A DNA stretch of 64,000 bases from Zootoca vivipara. Lineage: Eukaryota. The position numbers and the translations under genes are program-made. The stretch spans positions 95,294,001-95,358,000 of the forward strand of contig NC_083277.1 in assembly GCF_963506605.1 (NCBI RefSeq), given 5' to 3'. This document shows, one piece after another, positions 35,701-47,511 of the stretch. The first letter of the stretch is position 1; each line of letters begins with the position of its first letter. The notes under the pieces were generated by a model. The model did no database searches, was not told the DNA's origin, and was given only the letters and a program-made list of their open reading frames with translations.

Positions 35701-38700
35701 TGTGCTAATAGAATGTACTTATTCACACATATGTGAAACTTGTATGCATGGTACAGCAATTATGCTGCCTTCCTGATGGTCTGAGACATTGCATTGTTGT
35801 GGAAACCCATCCTTGCATTGAGATAGATAGATAGAGTGGTACCTCTGATTGCGAACGGGATCCATTCTGGAGGCCCATTCACAACATGAAAAGCTCACAA
35901 CCTGAAGTGCCGTATCTGCGCAGGTGCGCGGCGCGATCTGCGCATGCACAAAGCGCAATTTAGTGCTACTGTGCATGTGCGGGTGGCGAAACCCGGAAGT
36001 AACCCTTTCCGGTACTTCCAGGTCACCGCGGGACGCAACCTGAAAAAATGTAACATGAAGCGGACGTAACATGAGGTATGACTGTATATGTCTAGGATCT
36101 TGGGTTTCTACACCTTTTGAGTTCTCCACAGCTTCAATGCTGTTAGCAAAGGAAGCTTCAAGGAGCCCTTGGGAGATTATTATAATTAAATTAAATTAAA
36201 TTAAATGGCACATTCTGTCATCTAGACTGAGTCATCTAAACCCCGAGAAATCTCCCCCAGTGTTTCTTGCCAGAGGCTTCCGAAAACACATGCAGAGTGA
36301 AATTAATATTCAGCACAACAAAAAAGCAAAACAACAACAACAACAACCCAAAAACATCTCAACTTTCATCACATCTAAGAATCTCACAAGTTCACTGCCA
36401 AATCTGTCTCTTAGTCTGCAAGTTCATGAATTCACAGTTTTGTTATTTGTATTTCATTCTTCAGTATCCAGTAATTTGGTTCACTCATCTAGCACATCAG
36501 GTTGCTTAAAATACAAAAATTAATGTCACAATTACAACTGGTATTTTATATAAATAATTTTTCAAATAAACAAGAAAACAAAACAACCTAAATACAGTCG
36601 TACCTCGGTTTACGAACCGCTCGGGTTGCGAACAGTTCGGGTTACGAACTCCGCAAACCCGGAAGTGTTTTCGGCGCGCGGAACGGATCGCGTTCGTAAC
36701 CCAAGGTACTACTGTATGTGGAAGTTCTTGAAGCACACAATTTCAAAAATCTCTTATCACTATGTCTTGGGGACATCTAAAGTTTCTGAGTAAACAGAAC
36801 AAAACCAAGAGTATATAACCACAGGGGCACTTTCTATATACACATCTCAGACCACTTGAAGGTCTTTGTCATGGTAGCAATGCTCTCGTCTTTGAATGCT
36901 GTAGCAGTGTTAGCTGCACAGTCTCCCTTGGAAAGAATATTATACAGTATTCACCAAGGAACAGACAGAGCTGTTTCTATTGTATTTGCCAAAGTAACTG
37001 AATTTTGCGAGCCAGTGTGGTGCAGTTGTTAAGAGGGCCAGGCTAGGGCTATGGACACCAAGGTTCAAATACCCACTCAGTCATTAAGGTCAATGAGTGC
37101 ACTGTCACCATGTCTTAGCCTAACCTACCTCACAGGGTTGTTGTAGAAGAAGGAACTGGCTGAAAATGGAATAAATAAATAGACGTGAAAATTTAACAGT
37201 CTGTTCTCATTCTACTTTCACTACATACAGATCGGATTGCAAAATCAGCTTCTCAGAAATAAAACAATTCTGATTAGCTGTAGCACTCCTGCATTTAAGT
37301 GGAGGCTAAAATGTTCTGAAATTAGGATGCTGTACATTTAGCAATACCTGTCAACCCTGACTTTCTAAGTGAGAACTTGGAAACTACATCAAAACACTAC
37401 ATCAAAACAGGTCTTTCGCCTGCTCTACAACCACATTGGCCTCTGAGGAAAAGCAGAATCAAGAAAAATTACTTTCACCACACAAATCACACTCCATCAC
37501 AGCTATTTCCCTGCAGCAATCAGAGGGATGATATCCAACCAGCAATTCTCAACACTGAGTCACATTGTCTCACCTCTGCCCCTGGGAGCTAGATTCTGCA
37601 TCTCCACCTCCTCCTGTTCAGCCAGCCAGCTCTGCTCCTCGATTAGCTGGTGGAAGGAATCGTGCACAGCACCTTCATCGTAAGGACTTATGTCCTGGCT
37701 GTGGGGGAACAGAGAACCAGGATACAGAATTATTCATAGAATCATAGAATGGTAGAGTTGGAAGGGGTCCCGAGAGTCATCTAGTCCAACCCCTTGCAAT
37801 GCAGGAATTTCAACTAAAGCATTAAGTTGATGTGCATTGCCTAAGAAAACAGCATCCTAACTCCCAACTAGATCCATGTATAGGATAATGCTAGGGGTCA
37901 GGTGTATACAGTATAGAGCCTAAGAATAGAGATATCCCACAAGGCAGTGTTTATTATCCGTCATCAAAGCAGTAACTGTGGACCACCAGTTTTCGAATGC
38001 AGCACACATTTCCTCCACCACACCTAAGGCAACAGACCTAAGAGAGGGCCTACAACAACAGTGAGGAATGGCTAGGGGAGCAGAAGTCGAAGAGGAGCAG
38101 GGGGCTGCTGCTGCCCCCAGCACCTGTCACCTGAGGGGGCTGCCTCACTCTACCTAATGAAAAGGATTTTGAGAAGTGCCTTTGTTCGGAGGAAAGACTA
38201 ATGAATTCTATGTGTGACATTTCCCTCTTCTTGCAGAGCCCATAGGTGCATAAATCCTGTACCTCTAGTTTCCCAGTTCAAAGCTTTGCCATTTGTACTG
38301 CAAGGAACTGTGGAACTCATTGCCACATGGTTCAACCATGGGAAGTAGAATATCTTTCATCAAAAGATCAGACAATTCTTATGAAAGGAAAGGAACATTT
38401 AAAAAGTTTAGGTAGGGTGATCAGCATCCTCCCGTTGTTTTGAGACATGCTGGGGATGAATGCAAATTACATATGTGGTGGAGTAATCTATTACTCTATT
38501 ATTGCTCTGTGCAGTTGGTTGTAGGCTTCTCCCAACTTGTGCACAGCTGAATAAAATTTGGAGCCAAGGACTAAAATAGACCACCTGCCTGTCCCAGTAA
38601 GTTTTTTCTAGTGCCATTAAAGAAAGCTTGCATTCTGCAAACATAGATGCTACTGGAGGTGCTTCCCCATATATACAGAGAGAGAGACAGACAGAGAGAC

Positions 38701-39684
38701 AGAGAGACAGAGAGACAGAGATGAATCTGAAGAACTTCCCAATATTCCATCACATGTGTGGTCTGCTTCACTCTGTGCTGGAATCTATCCTCTACGATGA
38801 AGCAAATCCCTCAGGCCCCATCTTTTGGAAATTTCTAATAGTTGGTATGTCCAGAACTTTGTGCATGCCAAAGTTTAGCTTTCTGGGGGGCTTGGAAGTA
38901 TCCCCGTGGTACATTTATTTGCCTCCTGCTTCTAGGGAGAGCCTTGGAAGCCCCCCCCCCTTTCCGGACTTCTGTAGTTATCAGGGGACCACATTTCAAC
39001 TTCCTAGTTACCAAGGAAGTGGTGTAACCAGCTGGGTTCTGTTTTGCGCACAAGAGAGAACAATCATGTCCTCTTTCAGACTTTTCCCATTGCCAGGTTA
39101 GTGCATCTAGGTTTCTGGAAATATCTTTTGAGCCTTCCATTTGAAGGGAAATAAGGCATGAGTGATTAGGATGCCTTGGAACAGGAACACAGGAAGTTGC
39201 CTGATACTGACTAAAGTCACCAGACCACCTGTCCATCTAGATCAGTTTTGTCTGGGACCCTCCCAGACCTTCTGCATGCAAAGCAGATCCTCTACCTATT
39301 GAGTTACGTAATCCCTTCTCTAAAGCATTACACCAGGCATCCCCAAACTCAGCCCTCCATCTGATTTGGGACTACAACTCCCATCATCCCTGACCACTGG
39401 GTCCTGTTAGCTAGGGGTGATGGGAGTTGTAGTCCCAAAACAGCTGGAGGGCCGAGCTTGGGGATGTCTGCATTACACAGATACCAAATTTCAGGATGAA
39501 GACAGTTTATGGCAAAAAAAAACCACCCAAAAACCGTATTGGCAATTTCAATACCCCCAACACCATGGAGTTAATGAGGCCCGAGTGTATTTTCATTAAT
39601 TTACATCATTTAAAATACTGTCACTCACCTGGCAGCCTCCCTGCTCTCAGCGGCAGGAAAGGTGAAGGCCACCGTGTGAGACAT
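18288..39684 (-). CDS. TMC6: Transmembrane channel-like protein 6 (EVER1), 19 coding exons, about 798 aa as assembled
   Basis: Exons: 39629-39684 (MSHTVAF), 37574-37698 (PYDEGAVHDSFHQLI), 35083-35214 (ATLRILASMPSRTIG), 34768-34926, 33383-33488, 32924-33017, 30509-30763 (IGGRFGSSILSYFLFLK), 29391-29587, 28029-28173, 27041-27196, 26010-26182, 25110-25191, 24438-24535 (TMC signature CWENFVGQELYR), 23850 to about 23945 (5' edge in N-gap), 22763-22838, 22076-22209, 20117-20293, 19194-19272, 18288-18344 (EGEDKMFLIQKLH). C-terminus uncertain, see findings. Confidence 0.95.
18461..18739 (-). repeat. Diverged local duplication, copy 2
   Basis: See copy 1; same orientation. Confidence 0.85.
20840..21127. 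mobile_element. Tc1/mariner MITE
   Basis: TIR CAGGCAACTCCCCATTTATGC at both ends. Confidence 0.8.
21186..21539 (-). mobile_element. Sauria SINE, full length
   Basis: tRNA-like head with GGTTCGAATCC B-box, (ACCTTT)n tail, 14-bp TSD TTACCTATTATGTA. Confidence 0.92.
23499..23634. mobile_element. hAT-type MITE, same family
   Basis: TIRs and 8-bp TSD ACATATGT. Confidence 0.9.
23937..24070. other. Assembly gap (134 N)
   Basis: Run of N removing the acceptor and first codons of a TMC6 exon. Confidence 1.
25452..25799 (+). mobile_element. Sauria SINE, slightly 5'-truncated
   Basis: Same family as 21186-21539; (ACCTTT)n tail; TSD TAAGGGGTAC; nested in an older palindromic repeat. Confidence 0.92.
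26518..26946 (+). mobile_element. Solo LTR
   Basis: TGT...ACA termini, 5-bp TSD AAGGA, internal AATAAA, homologous along its length to 60583-61024. Confidence 0.88.
27439..27735 (-). mobile_element. CR1 LINE 3' fragment
   Basis: ATAGAATTGTAGAGTTGGAAGGGACCCC..AGTCCAAC followed by CR1-like ORF-end sequence. Confidence 0.8.
27859..27914. repeat. (AAAT)n/(AAT)n microsatellite
   Basis: Read directly. Confidence 0.9.
29711..30183 (-). mobile_element. L2-type LINE 3' fragment with (AAT)n tail
   Basis: TFKALHGLEPSYLRDRLSRYAPRRTLRS, homologous to the L2 RT C-terminus. Confidence 0.8.
32590..32860 (-). mobile_element. L2-type 3' fragment
   Basis: Reverse-oriented copy of the L2 end (RAFSV.AP.LW-type motif) with an AT-rich tail, inserted in a palindromic repeat. 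Confidence 0.6.
33135..33320 (-). mobile_element. L2 3' fragment
   Basis: Reverse complement of 42425-42570. Confidence 0.75.
33909..34119. mobile_element. Tc1/mariner MITE
   Basis: GTGGTACCTCGAC...GTCGAGGTACCAC TIR, CpG-rich interior. Confidence 0.8.
35834..36084. mobile_element. Tc1/mariner MITE
   Basis: AGTGGTACCTC...GAGGTATGACTG|TA. Confidence 0.8.
36595..36714. mobile_element. Tc1/mariner MITE
   Basis: TA|CAGTCGTACCTCGGTTTACGAAC...GTTCGTAACCCAAGGTACTACTG|TA. Confidence 0.8.
37009..37180 (+). mobile_element. Old tRNA-derived SINE (Squam3/MIR-like)
   Basis: GAGCCAGTGTGGTG..GGTTCAAAT..CCTAACCTACCTCACAGGGTTGTTGT; related reverse copy at about 31640-31835. Confidence 0.6.
37734..37810 (-). 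mobile_element. CR1-type 3' tail
   Basis: TCATAGAATCATAGAATGGTAGAGTTGGAAGGG octamer tail. Confidence 0.75.
39334..39470. mobile_element. hAT-type MITE, same family
   Basis: TIRs and 8-bp TSD CATTACAC. Confidence 0.9.
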
Positions 39685-40406
39685 CTTGTCCTCCCTCAAC
39701 AGCACCAATCGCTTGTCTACTGGTTTGCTTGTCTCTTCATGGCTCAGTCCGACAGAGTTTCTAAATGCAAGTTACAGAGAGATCCCGTCACGGATGAGCT
39801 TCTTCTGCTGAGGTGGCCCCACTTTGGGGCTCAGCGCTTCTGCACTTGAGATCACAAGACTTTTGAGGTTAGGACGACTGATCTGGCTTAATCCTGTTGA
39901 CTCCCACAGACAGCAAAGCTAGGTCTGGAGTTATGAGCTGCCCCTATGCTACAAGGAGGACCACAAGACCAGGAACGCAAAGCTACTTCAACTCCCGCTG
40001 CAAGACTCTTTTAAACAGAAGGCAAATGCCTACCGCCACAGCAGCCCAGTCAGCTAGGAGCAAAACACTGCGAAGAGGAAGGAAACGGAGGTCGAGACAA
40101 AGGCTGCAATTCAGCATGGTGCAGTGACCTTGCTCTGCGTTTCACCACTGAGATAACACACACACAGAGCAGCAGATTCCAGGACGGTCAGAACTCCACC
40201 CGCTCAGGGGAGAAAAAGAGTGGCTTTCTCCATTCTCTTGACTGAAAGAGCAGGGGAGCACTTCTCATGAACCCACCCACATGCAGGTGCTTCTCATACA
40301 TCTGCCCGGGCTGCTCTGGGAGCAGACAAACTCACTAAAGTTTATTTTGACTGCCTCGGCCTTCATCAGACAACACCAGCTGTCACCACATGTTGCCAGG
40401 GAGATA

Positions 40407-40408
<2 letters not shown>

Positions 40409-40442
<34 letters not shown>
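40409..40442. repeat. (GT)n microsatellite
   Basis: Read directly. Confidence 0.95.
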
Positions 40443-40446
<4 letters not shown>

Positions 40447-40552
40447 AGTTCAGTGCACAAGGACTGCTTGGATTCCAAGGGGTAAGGAGAGCCTGACCCT
40501 GGCATTCTTAAGGGTGGAGAGGAATAAAAGTTCCTCATCATCACTCAGAATT

Positions 40553-40790
40553 TAGGGGTCAGCAAACTTTTTCAGCTGTGGGCCGGTCCACTGTTCCTCA
40601 GAACTTGTGGGGGGCCAGACTATATTTTGGAAAAAAAATGAACAAATCCCTATGCCCCACAAATAACCCAGAGATGCATTTTAAATAAAAGGACACATTC
40701 TACTCATGTAAAAACACGCTAATTCCCGGACCGGATTTAGAAGGCAATTGGGCTGGATCCGGCCCCCGGGCCTTAGTTTGCCTACCCATG
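40553..40790. mobile_element. hAT-type non-autonomous element
   Basis: GGGGTCAGCAAAC...GTTTGCCTACCC termini; inverted partial copy at about 54330-54521. Confidence 0.7.
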
Positions 40791-41752
40791 GATTAAATAG
40801 TTCCCTCACAAAACGCCTCACTTGCTTCAATGAAAACGACAGCAACAGTACAAGCAAACAAAGCAGCTGGTGCTTCCTGCCTGACAGGAAACACCAGGAA
40901 CTCCTGCTTCAGGTTCCAGGAAAAGTCTGAAGCTTTTACGGCACATGGGAAATAAATGATTGGATGCCTGAAGTGTGTTTTACACACAGGATAAAAGTTG
41001 AGCATGGTTGCCCATAGTTCTGACGTCCATAGCCTGGAAATCAGTTCTTTCATTCTGTGTCACTCGGTTCAGGAGGAGTTGCAACATATTTTTTGCTTTG
41101 AAGGAGGTCTCATTTCAGAGCCTGGTGCAAGGGACACCCGTTATTTCACAAGCCTACATCAATACTGCAGAAGAAAAACAGTAACTGTGTAGTGACCTTA
41201 CTTCTTGAAACCGTAACCTCATTGTTTTAAGTAAGGGCGAGGGAACTTGTGGCCCTCCAGACGTTGTTGAACGTTTATCTTTCATCAGCCTCAACCAGCA
41301 TGAAATATGGTCAGGGACGATGGGAGCTGGAGTTCAGTAACATCTGGAGAACCAGAGGTGCCTCATTGCTAGAGCACAACTACTATTATCCCCAACCACT
41401 TATCCCCAACCACAGACCATGGTGGCAGGTGCCAGCTGCAGGTTATTCAACCTTGTTTGGAGATGCTAGGGATTGAACCTGGGACTTTCTGCATGCAAGG
41501 CAGACATTCTACCACTGGGCTATGGCCCCTCCTCAGACCTTCTGTGGGAGATATTTATTATGGCAATGCAGCACTCCCATGGGAACTTTTGTTAGTGACT
41601 CATCTCACAGTTAGGAAGCCTTGCTTAAAAGAGCCCAAAATGTCAACAGAGTGAGGGGAAGTAAGTGAGGTTGGCATATAATAAGGAATGCTCTAGAATA
41701 AATTCATTCTTTTAGGTTCTTTTAGGCTTTTTCTATGTGGCAAAAGTTGTTC

Positions 41753-42637
41753 TGTCTTGGAGGCGCTTGGAGGATGGATGGCAGCTAACAGATTGAGGTT
41801 GAATCCCGACAAGACAGAAGTACTGTTTGTGGGGGACAGGAGGCGGGCAGGTGTGGAGGACTCCCTGGTCCTGAATGGGGTAACTGTGCCCCTGAAGGAC
41901 CAGGTGCGCAGCCTGGGAGTCATTTTGGACTCACAGCTGTCCATGGAGGCACAGGTCAATTCTGTGTCCAGGGCAGCTGTCTACCAGCTCCATCTGGCAC
42001 GCAGGCTGAGACCCTACCTGCCTGCGGACTGCCTTGCCAGAGTGGTGCATGCTCTAGTTATCTCCCGCTTGGACTACTGCAATGCGCTCTACATGGGGCT
42101 ACCTTTGAAGGTGACCTGGAAATTACAACTAACCCAGAATGCAGCAGCTAGACTGGTGACTGGGAGCGGCCGCCGAGACCACATAACACCGGTCCTGAAA
42201 GACCTACATTGGCTCCCAGTACGTTTCTGAACACAATTCAAAGTGTTGGTGCTGACCTTTAAAGCCCTAAATGGCCTCGGTCCAGTATATCTGAAGGAGC
42301 GTCGCCACCCCCATCATTCTGCCCGGACACTGAGGTCCAGCGCCGAGGGCCTTCTGCCGGTTCCCTCGCTACGAGAAGCCAAGTTACAGGGAACCAGGCA
42401 GAGGGCCTTCTCGGTAGTGGCACCCACCCTGTGGAATGCCCTCCCACCAGAGGTCAAAGAGAATAACAATTACCAGACCTTTAGAAAGCATCTCAAGGCA
42501 GCCCTATTTAGGGAAGCTTTTAATGTTTGATGGATTTCTGTATTTCAATATTTTGTTGGAAGCCGCCCAGAGTGGCTGGGGGAACCCGGCCAGATGGGTG
42601 GGGTATAAATAATAAATTATTATTATATTATTATTAT
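41753..42637 (+). mobile_element. L2-clade LINE 3' fragment (RT C-terminus + 3' UTR)
   Basis: WMAANRLRLNPDKTE..SRLDYCNALY.GLP..QNAAARL..HWLPV; in-frame TGA at 42228-42230; (TTA)n tail. Confidence 0.9.
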
Positions 42638-44879
42638 TTCATTTCAGCCTAGGCCGGAACCGTCTTACCATGCCTCCACCCAGAGCTTTGACACTTCCCT
42701 CAGTTACAGCTCCCTGAATTGGCCTTTCTTTTGACCTTGCTTAACATTATTCATCAACTTCTCTCTTTTGTCTAAAGTGGGAATTGTATTAGAAGTACTG
42801 ATGGAGGCAGGTCTTGCAGCAAAACGCTCTGCTCCTCTCTTTCAAGTAGCCCTGAAAGAGATTTCAGCTAAAATGTCTGCGTTTTAATTATTAAGTCTGC
42901 AGAAAGGAAGTCGACTGGCTGACCTGAAACCTATTGTGAAGTTAACGTGAAAGTTAACAACGTCCCATACTACTGCCCTGGCTGCCTCCAAGAACAAGCC
43001 TGAGGAAATGTTGGCTCCAAGTTCATGCTTGCTAGTAACAACCACTGAACTTCAGAATACCTTATCAGAGCAAGCAGAAAGGTTTAGCCCTTGGAATTGT
43101 TGGAACACTTACAATTCTGCCTCTAAACACACTATTTATTTAAAGCACACCCCGCCCCTGCCAAGAATTCTGGGAACTGCAGTTCATCCCTCACAGAGCT
43201 ACAATTCCCAGCCCCCTTAACAAACTACAGTTCCCAGGATTCTTGGGGAGCTTTAAATGTGTGGTGTGTAAGCTGCCTGTATGTAAACCCCAAGCTTTAC
43301 ACTCTCTCGCTTCTCACCAGAATGCAGGGGGCCAGGCAGCTGGCACAGCAACGATGCAACAAAAGGCGTTTGTTTGCCCAGTCGTGGCTGCCAGCCCTTC
43401 TCCAGCCCCCATATAAATTAGCATGCTTTGTCCTGCTTTAGCATCAGCCTAATAGAATGTCAGAATGCCAGGCCTTTGCTACAGCCTTTGTCCAAGCAAA
43501 GAGTCACACCTGTCTCCTGCAGTTTGGTCTTGAGAGCGTCTATATATCCCAAACATTCACGCACCTCCCCAGCCACACTTTATGCATTCCCCCATTTTTA
43601 ATGGGACTATTCTCTTTGGGCTGAAGTAGACTTGCACCCTGGCCAGTTTTCATTTAACATCTGCAAAACTAGGCCGCAGGCACCGGTCAAATTTATGCAT
43701 GTGTAAATGAACTCTTAACTATGCAACTGGCGGAGGCAGTATTCTTTCCCCCTTCTTGGAATAAATGCCAGATCACAGAGAAGCAGTGATTTTGCACGGT
43801 ATGGGGGCAAACACAGACTCTCATTAATACAGCATGCACAGGGTTATGTTGGGGAGCAGCTGCATCCACTTCTACCTCAACACAAATCTCAGTAGCGGCT
43901 TAATTATTGCTTATTGGCAGCCACACAGGAGAAGAATCATTACAACAGGCATGGCCACCACTGGACATGGAAGAGTTAATTGCAGTACATTCAAGCCTCT
44001 CCTCCCAGCCCCCAGCAGCAGGAATTTCTGAGTGTTTTGCTCACCCAGCCTGTGGGCATGTTTGGACAGATAATGGGTTGGGCTGCACACCCATTCCTAT
44101 ACATTCACCGGAACAGGAACAGTTTTGTGTAGGGAAAAGGATGAAACTCATGTGCAGATTGCTACATGTGATGTCTGCATGCATCTGTTTCACTAGGTAT
44201 ATATTAGGATGAAACAGAGACGTGTAAAATTGTCACATGATGCTTCCGTGCTTTCTTCCATATGGAAGTAAGCTTTCCTGTAAGAATTCTTAAGAACCAA
44301 GAAGCCCATATTCAACACCAGAACTGCTAAAGCCATTGTTGCTCAGTTAAGAGTGAAACCTGCTACACTAGCTCACATGCAGGGGAGGATGGGCAGGTCA
44401 GGACCATCATGTGGGAACCCTAGATGTTGCTAGACTACAATTCTCATCATCCCTGACCATTGGCCATGCTGGGGCTGCTAGGAGTCCAACATCTGGAGGG
44501 AAATAGATTCACCGCCTCCTGTCCTAAATGAAAAATCAAAGCAGTCTCAGAATGGTCACCCATGAGAACCAGGATTGGCTAAGCAGTTAGAAGCACTGCT
44601 CTGGTGCCTTCATGCTGCTGCATTCCAGATGTAGTGGGGTTTTTGGACTGAACTGATCACCTGCCAGTTAACAAGGGCAGGGCAGGGCTCACATCTGGCT
44701 TCCTGCAGTCAGTAGGGTGGTGCCCCCAGAGAAACAGTGCCTCTTTCAAAAACACTTTTTGCACTACCAGTTCGCCACCCTGCAGCACCCAAATAGGAAT
44801 GCAGAAAGAAAGCTGGCATGGTTTGTCCTTAGTGCAATTGGTAATTCTCATCCCCAAACCAGATATGTAGCTTACTTAC

Positions 44880-44971
44880 CAGTGTAAGGACACCCAGAAG
44901 ACCTCTGAACTCCATGAAATTTCTCACGCTTCCAGGGCTAGACAGAGCGTAGACCAGAGCATCCTACTTCC
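44880..44971 (-). other. Candidate non-coding 5' UTR exon of TMC6
   Basis: Pyrimidine tract + CAG acceptor and strong CTG|GTAAGT donor on the TMC6 strand upstream of the ATG exon. No transcript evidence available. Confidence 0.45.
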
Positions 44972-46369
44972 CTGGCAGAAGGCAAAGGCATGCTTCCATC
45001 CTGAAATACCTTTGCATTCTTACTTTCTCTTCACAGCAGCTTCTGAAACAAGGGAAACAATAGAAATGTTGCATGCCCAAGGCTTGCCTGCAGGGCCAAG
45101 AAAGTGTTCCAAAGATCTCTGCTTCTGCTGTGCCAAGAAGCACAGGCTGCAGCCTCATCCTCCACCCTCCCCCTATTCCTTTTCTGCAGACAGCTCTTTT
45201 GTATTATCTGGTCTGATACAGCAGGACAGCCCAGGAGGAGTCAGAGAAGCACAGTGGTAAATTCTGAAGTGCAGGAGTTAATCAAAACAGCCTTCACAGC
45301 CTCACTTTAAGGAGAGTACAACACACCCACACACACAGCAAGCAGCACCACTTAGCAGAATATCCAATTTATTAGGATCATCCCAAATGCAATCATATAC
45401 AGTACATGATTACCTAGGAGTATAGGTTCAATTTGTAAAGCACACTGACATTTAATAAAATATCTCTAGTCAGCTGAAAAACAACCTTTAACTTTTAATG
45501 AATAGTTTCCATTTAAACTGCCACTATGAAGCAAGGACCACATCAAAGAAAAGGAAAGCAGTACCCAGCCTTCTCATTTTCCTCAACCCCAAACTTCCCC
45601 TAGGCTAATCTGTCACAAACATTATCACCTCATTTACTTGACAGAACAAGGAGACTGTCAATCACACTGGCACTACCTTTTTTGGGGGGGGGGAGTCTAG
45701 GCACCACTACGCTACTGGAAAAGCATTTCAGTTTACCACAACCCACTACCCAATTCCCCTTTCTTACAATGGCGCTTAACATCACGGGCTACTTGGAAGC
45801 AAGTCAACCAAGGTCACTGGCACTTTCTTGAAAGTAAAATTGCTTGTGACCCTAGCATTACTTTTCATTGTTTGAAAGTGCTCCAGTAGGGTAAATGGAA
45901 TATGAAAGGTGGGGCCCAGCTAACCCTACTAACTAGAAAAATTCCACACACACCAAGTCACAGGGGCTGACTTTAAAATCATGTTACTGTATAGTGAAAA
46001 TAAAAGGTTTCAGAACTTTCTTGCATCCAAAATTTCCATGTAATTACTGCAGCTATGTTATATTTCTCATCATGAACTATATTTAGCAATGTCTTGGGCA
46101 TTTTGCTACAATAAAACAATACTTCGGTTGAGGCAAGGGAATCTTTACTGTGTGCAGGAGTGACTTAGAACTTCTAGAAGGAATAACTGCACATCTACGG
46201 TAATAACTTCACACCACCTTGTTCCACTGGATAACCTTTTGCCCATCACACCAAGAGTACCCCATTTCTGCTTTTACCCCAGTCCCCAGCCCCTCTTTGA
46301 AGGCTTTCAATAGAGAGAAAGGCAGTTTTATTCATTTTTACTAAAAAAATCAAATCAAATCAAAACATA

Positions 46370-47120
46370 CCTGATTCCAGCCCACGACTCCTGGCGAGGC
46401 ACTAGTTTTAGGACCCTGCAGCAAACTAAGCTGCTCCTATTGCCTTTCTCTTTTTATCTCCCCTTGCTGCTTGGAGGGAGAGAATGAGGAAGGGAGCAAA
46501 GGCAGCTGCTCGTTGTGTACATGCACGCCACGGGGATCTTATTCCCTTTCTCTCTTGAACCATAAAGGATGGGCCAGCCAGAAAGCGTTTTGGCCAAACA
46601 CGATAGAGTATCTAAGAGGCCGTACTTCTACAATACATATACAACGGAGTGGGTGTGAGAAGCAGGGACGGTCACGGGTCTTCCAGAGCGGTTTTGTTAC
46701 CTTCCCACGCTGAGACTATTGAAAATCAGAACGATTATGCATCGAGGACACGAGAAAAGTCCTCTGTTTGTATCCCATCCCCACTCAGAACACAGCGGCA
46801 GATCATCAGAGGCCATAACAATGTAAGAAAATGTTTCATTACTTACAAAACAAGGGGAACTGAGTTATTTCTCAGTCCAGCAAGTCACAAGCAGCCTTTC
46901 TGTGGCATCTTACTCACTAACCTGGTGGGATCCTGTGGTTTTGATCAGTAGAATCTTAGCCACAAGATTCAGAAAACTTTTTTCCCCTCCAAGGTCTCCT
47001 TTGTCCCGTCTCGGCAGTCTCAGACCACACCCTGCGCCTCACCTGTTCTACAAAGGACGCTGGGAGATGTAGTCCTCCCCCCCCCCCAGCATCTACCTGG
47101 AGCAAACTCCTAGGTTAGGT
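46370..47120. promoter_or_regulatory. Candidate TMC6/TMC8 divergent promoter region
   Basis: Local CpG enrichment, minus-strand donor-like sites at 46371 and 47043, and a GGACTACATCTCCCAGC (ZNF143/THAP11-type) motif at 47059-47075 outside any recognisable MITE. Confidence 0.4.
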
Positions 47121-47375
47121 TTGTATTGAACGGTGGCTTGCAAAGAAGTCAACAACTTCATTTATTCAAAGGGGCCACGTTCGGACCAAATAAGCACAAG
47201 TCTCCCGAGTTATCAGAGAGGACTATTATGGTATGGCTTACTATGTCTGCATATTTCCACTTGCACTGTTACATGTCAGCTCTCAGAAAGGAGAGCCTTG
47301 TATAATGGAAAGAATGTACTGATGACTCTTTTTGCCATCATCATCCTCCTCACTAACGCCACATTTGCTCTATAC

Positions 47376-47511
47376 CAGGCATCCCCAAACTTCGGCCCTC
47401 CAGATGTTTTGGACTACAATTCCCATCTTCCCCAACCATTGGTCCTGTTAGCTAGGGATCATGGGAGTTGTAGGCCAAAACATCTGGAGGGCCGCAGTTT
47501 GGGGATGCCTG
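47376..47511. mobile_element. hAT-type MITE, same family
   Basis: Perfect TIRs and 8-bp TSD CTCTATAC. Confidence 0.9.

Noticed and set aside
41757-42530. Reverse-transcriptase-like ORFs as a functional or domesticated gene
   Set aside because: 5'-truncated L2 with an internal stop, lacking the RT core and endonuclease.
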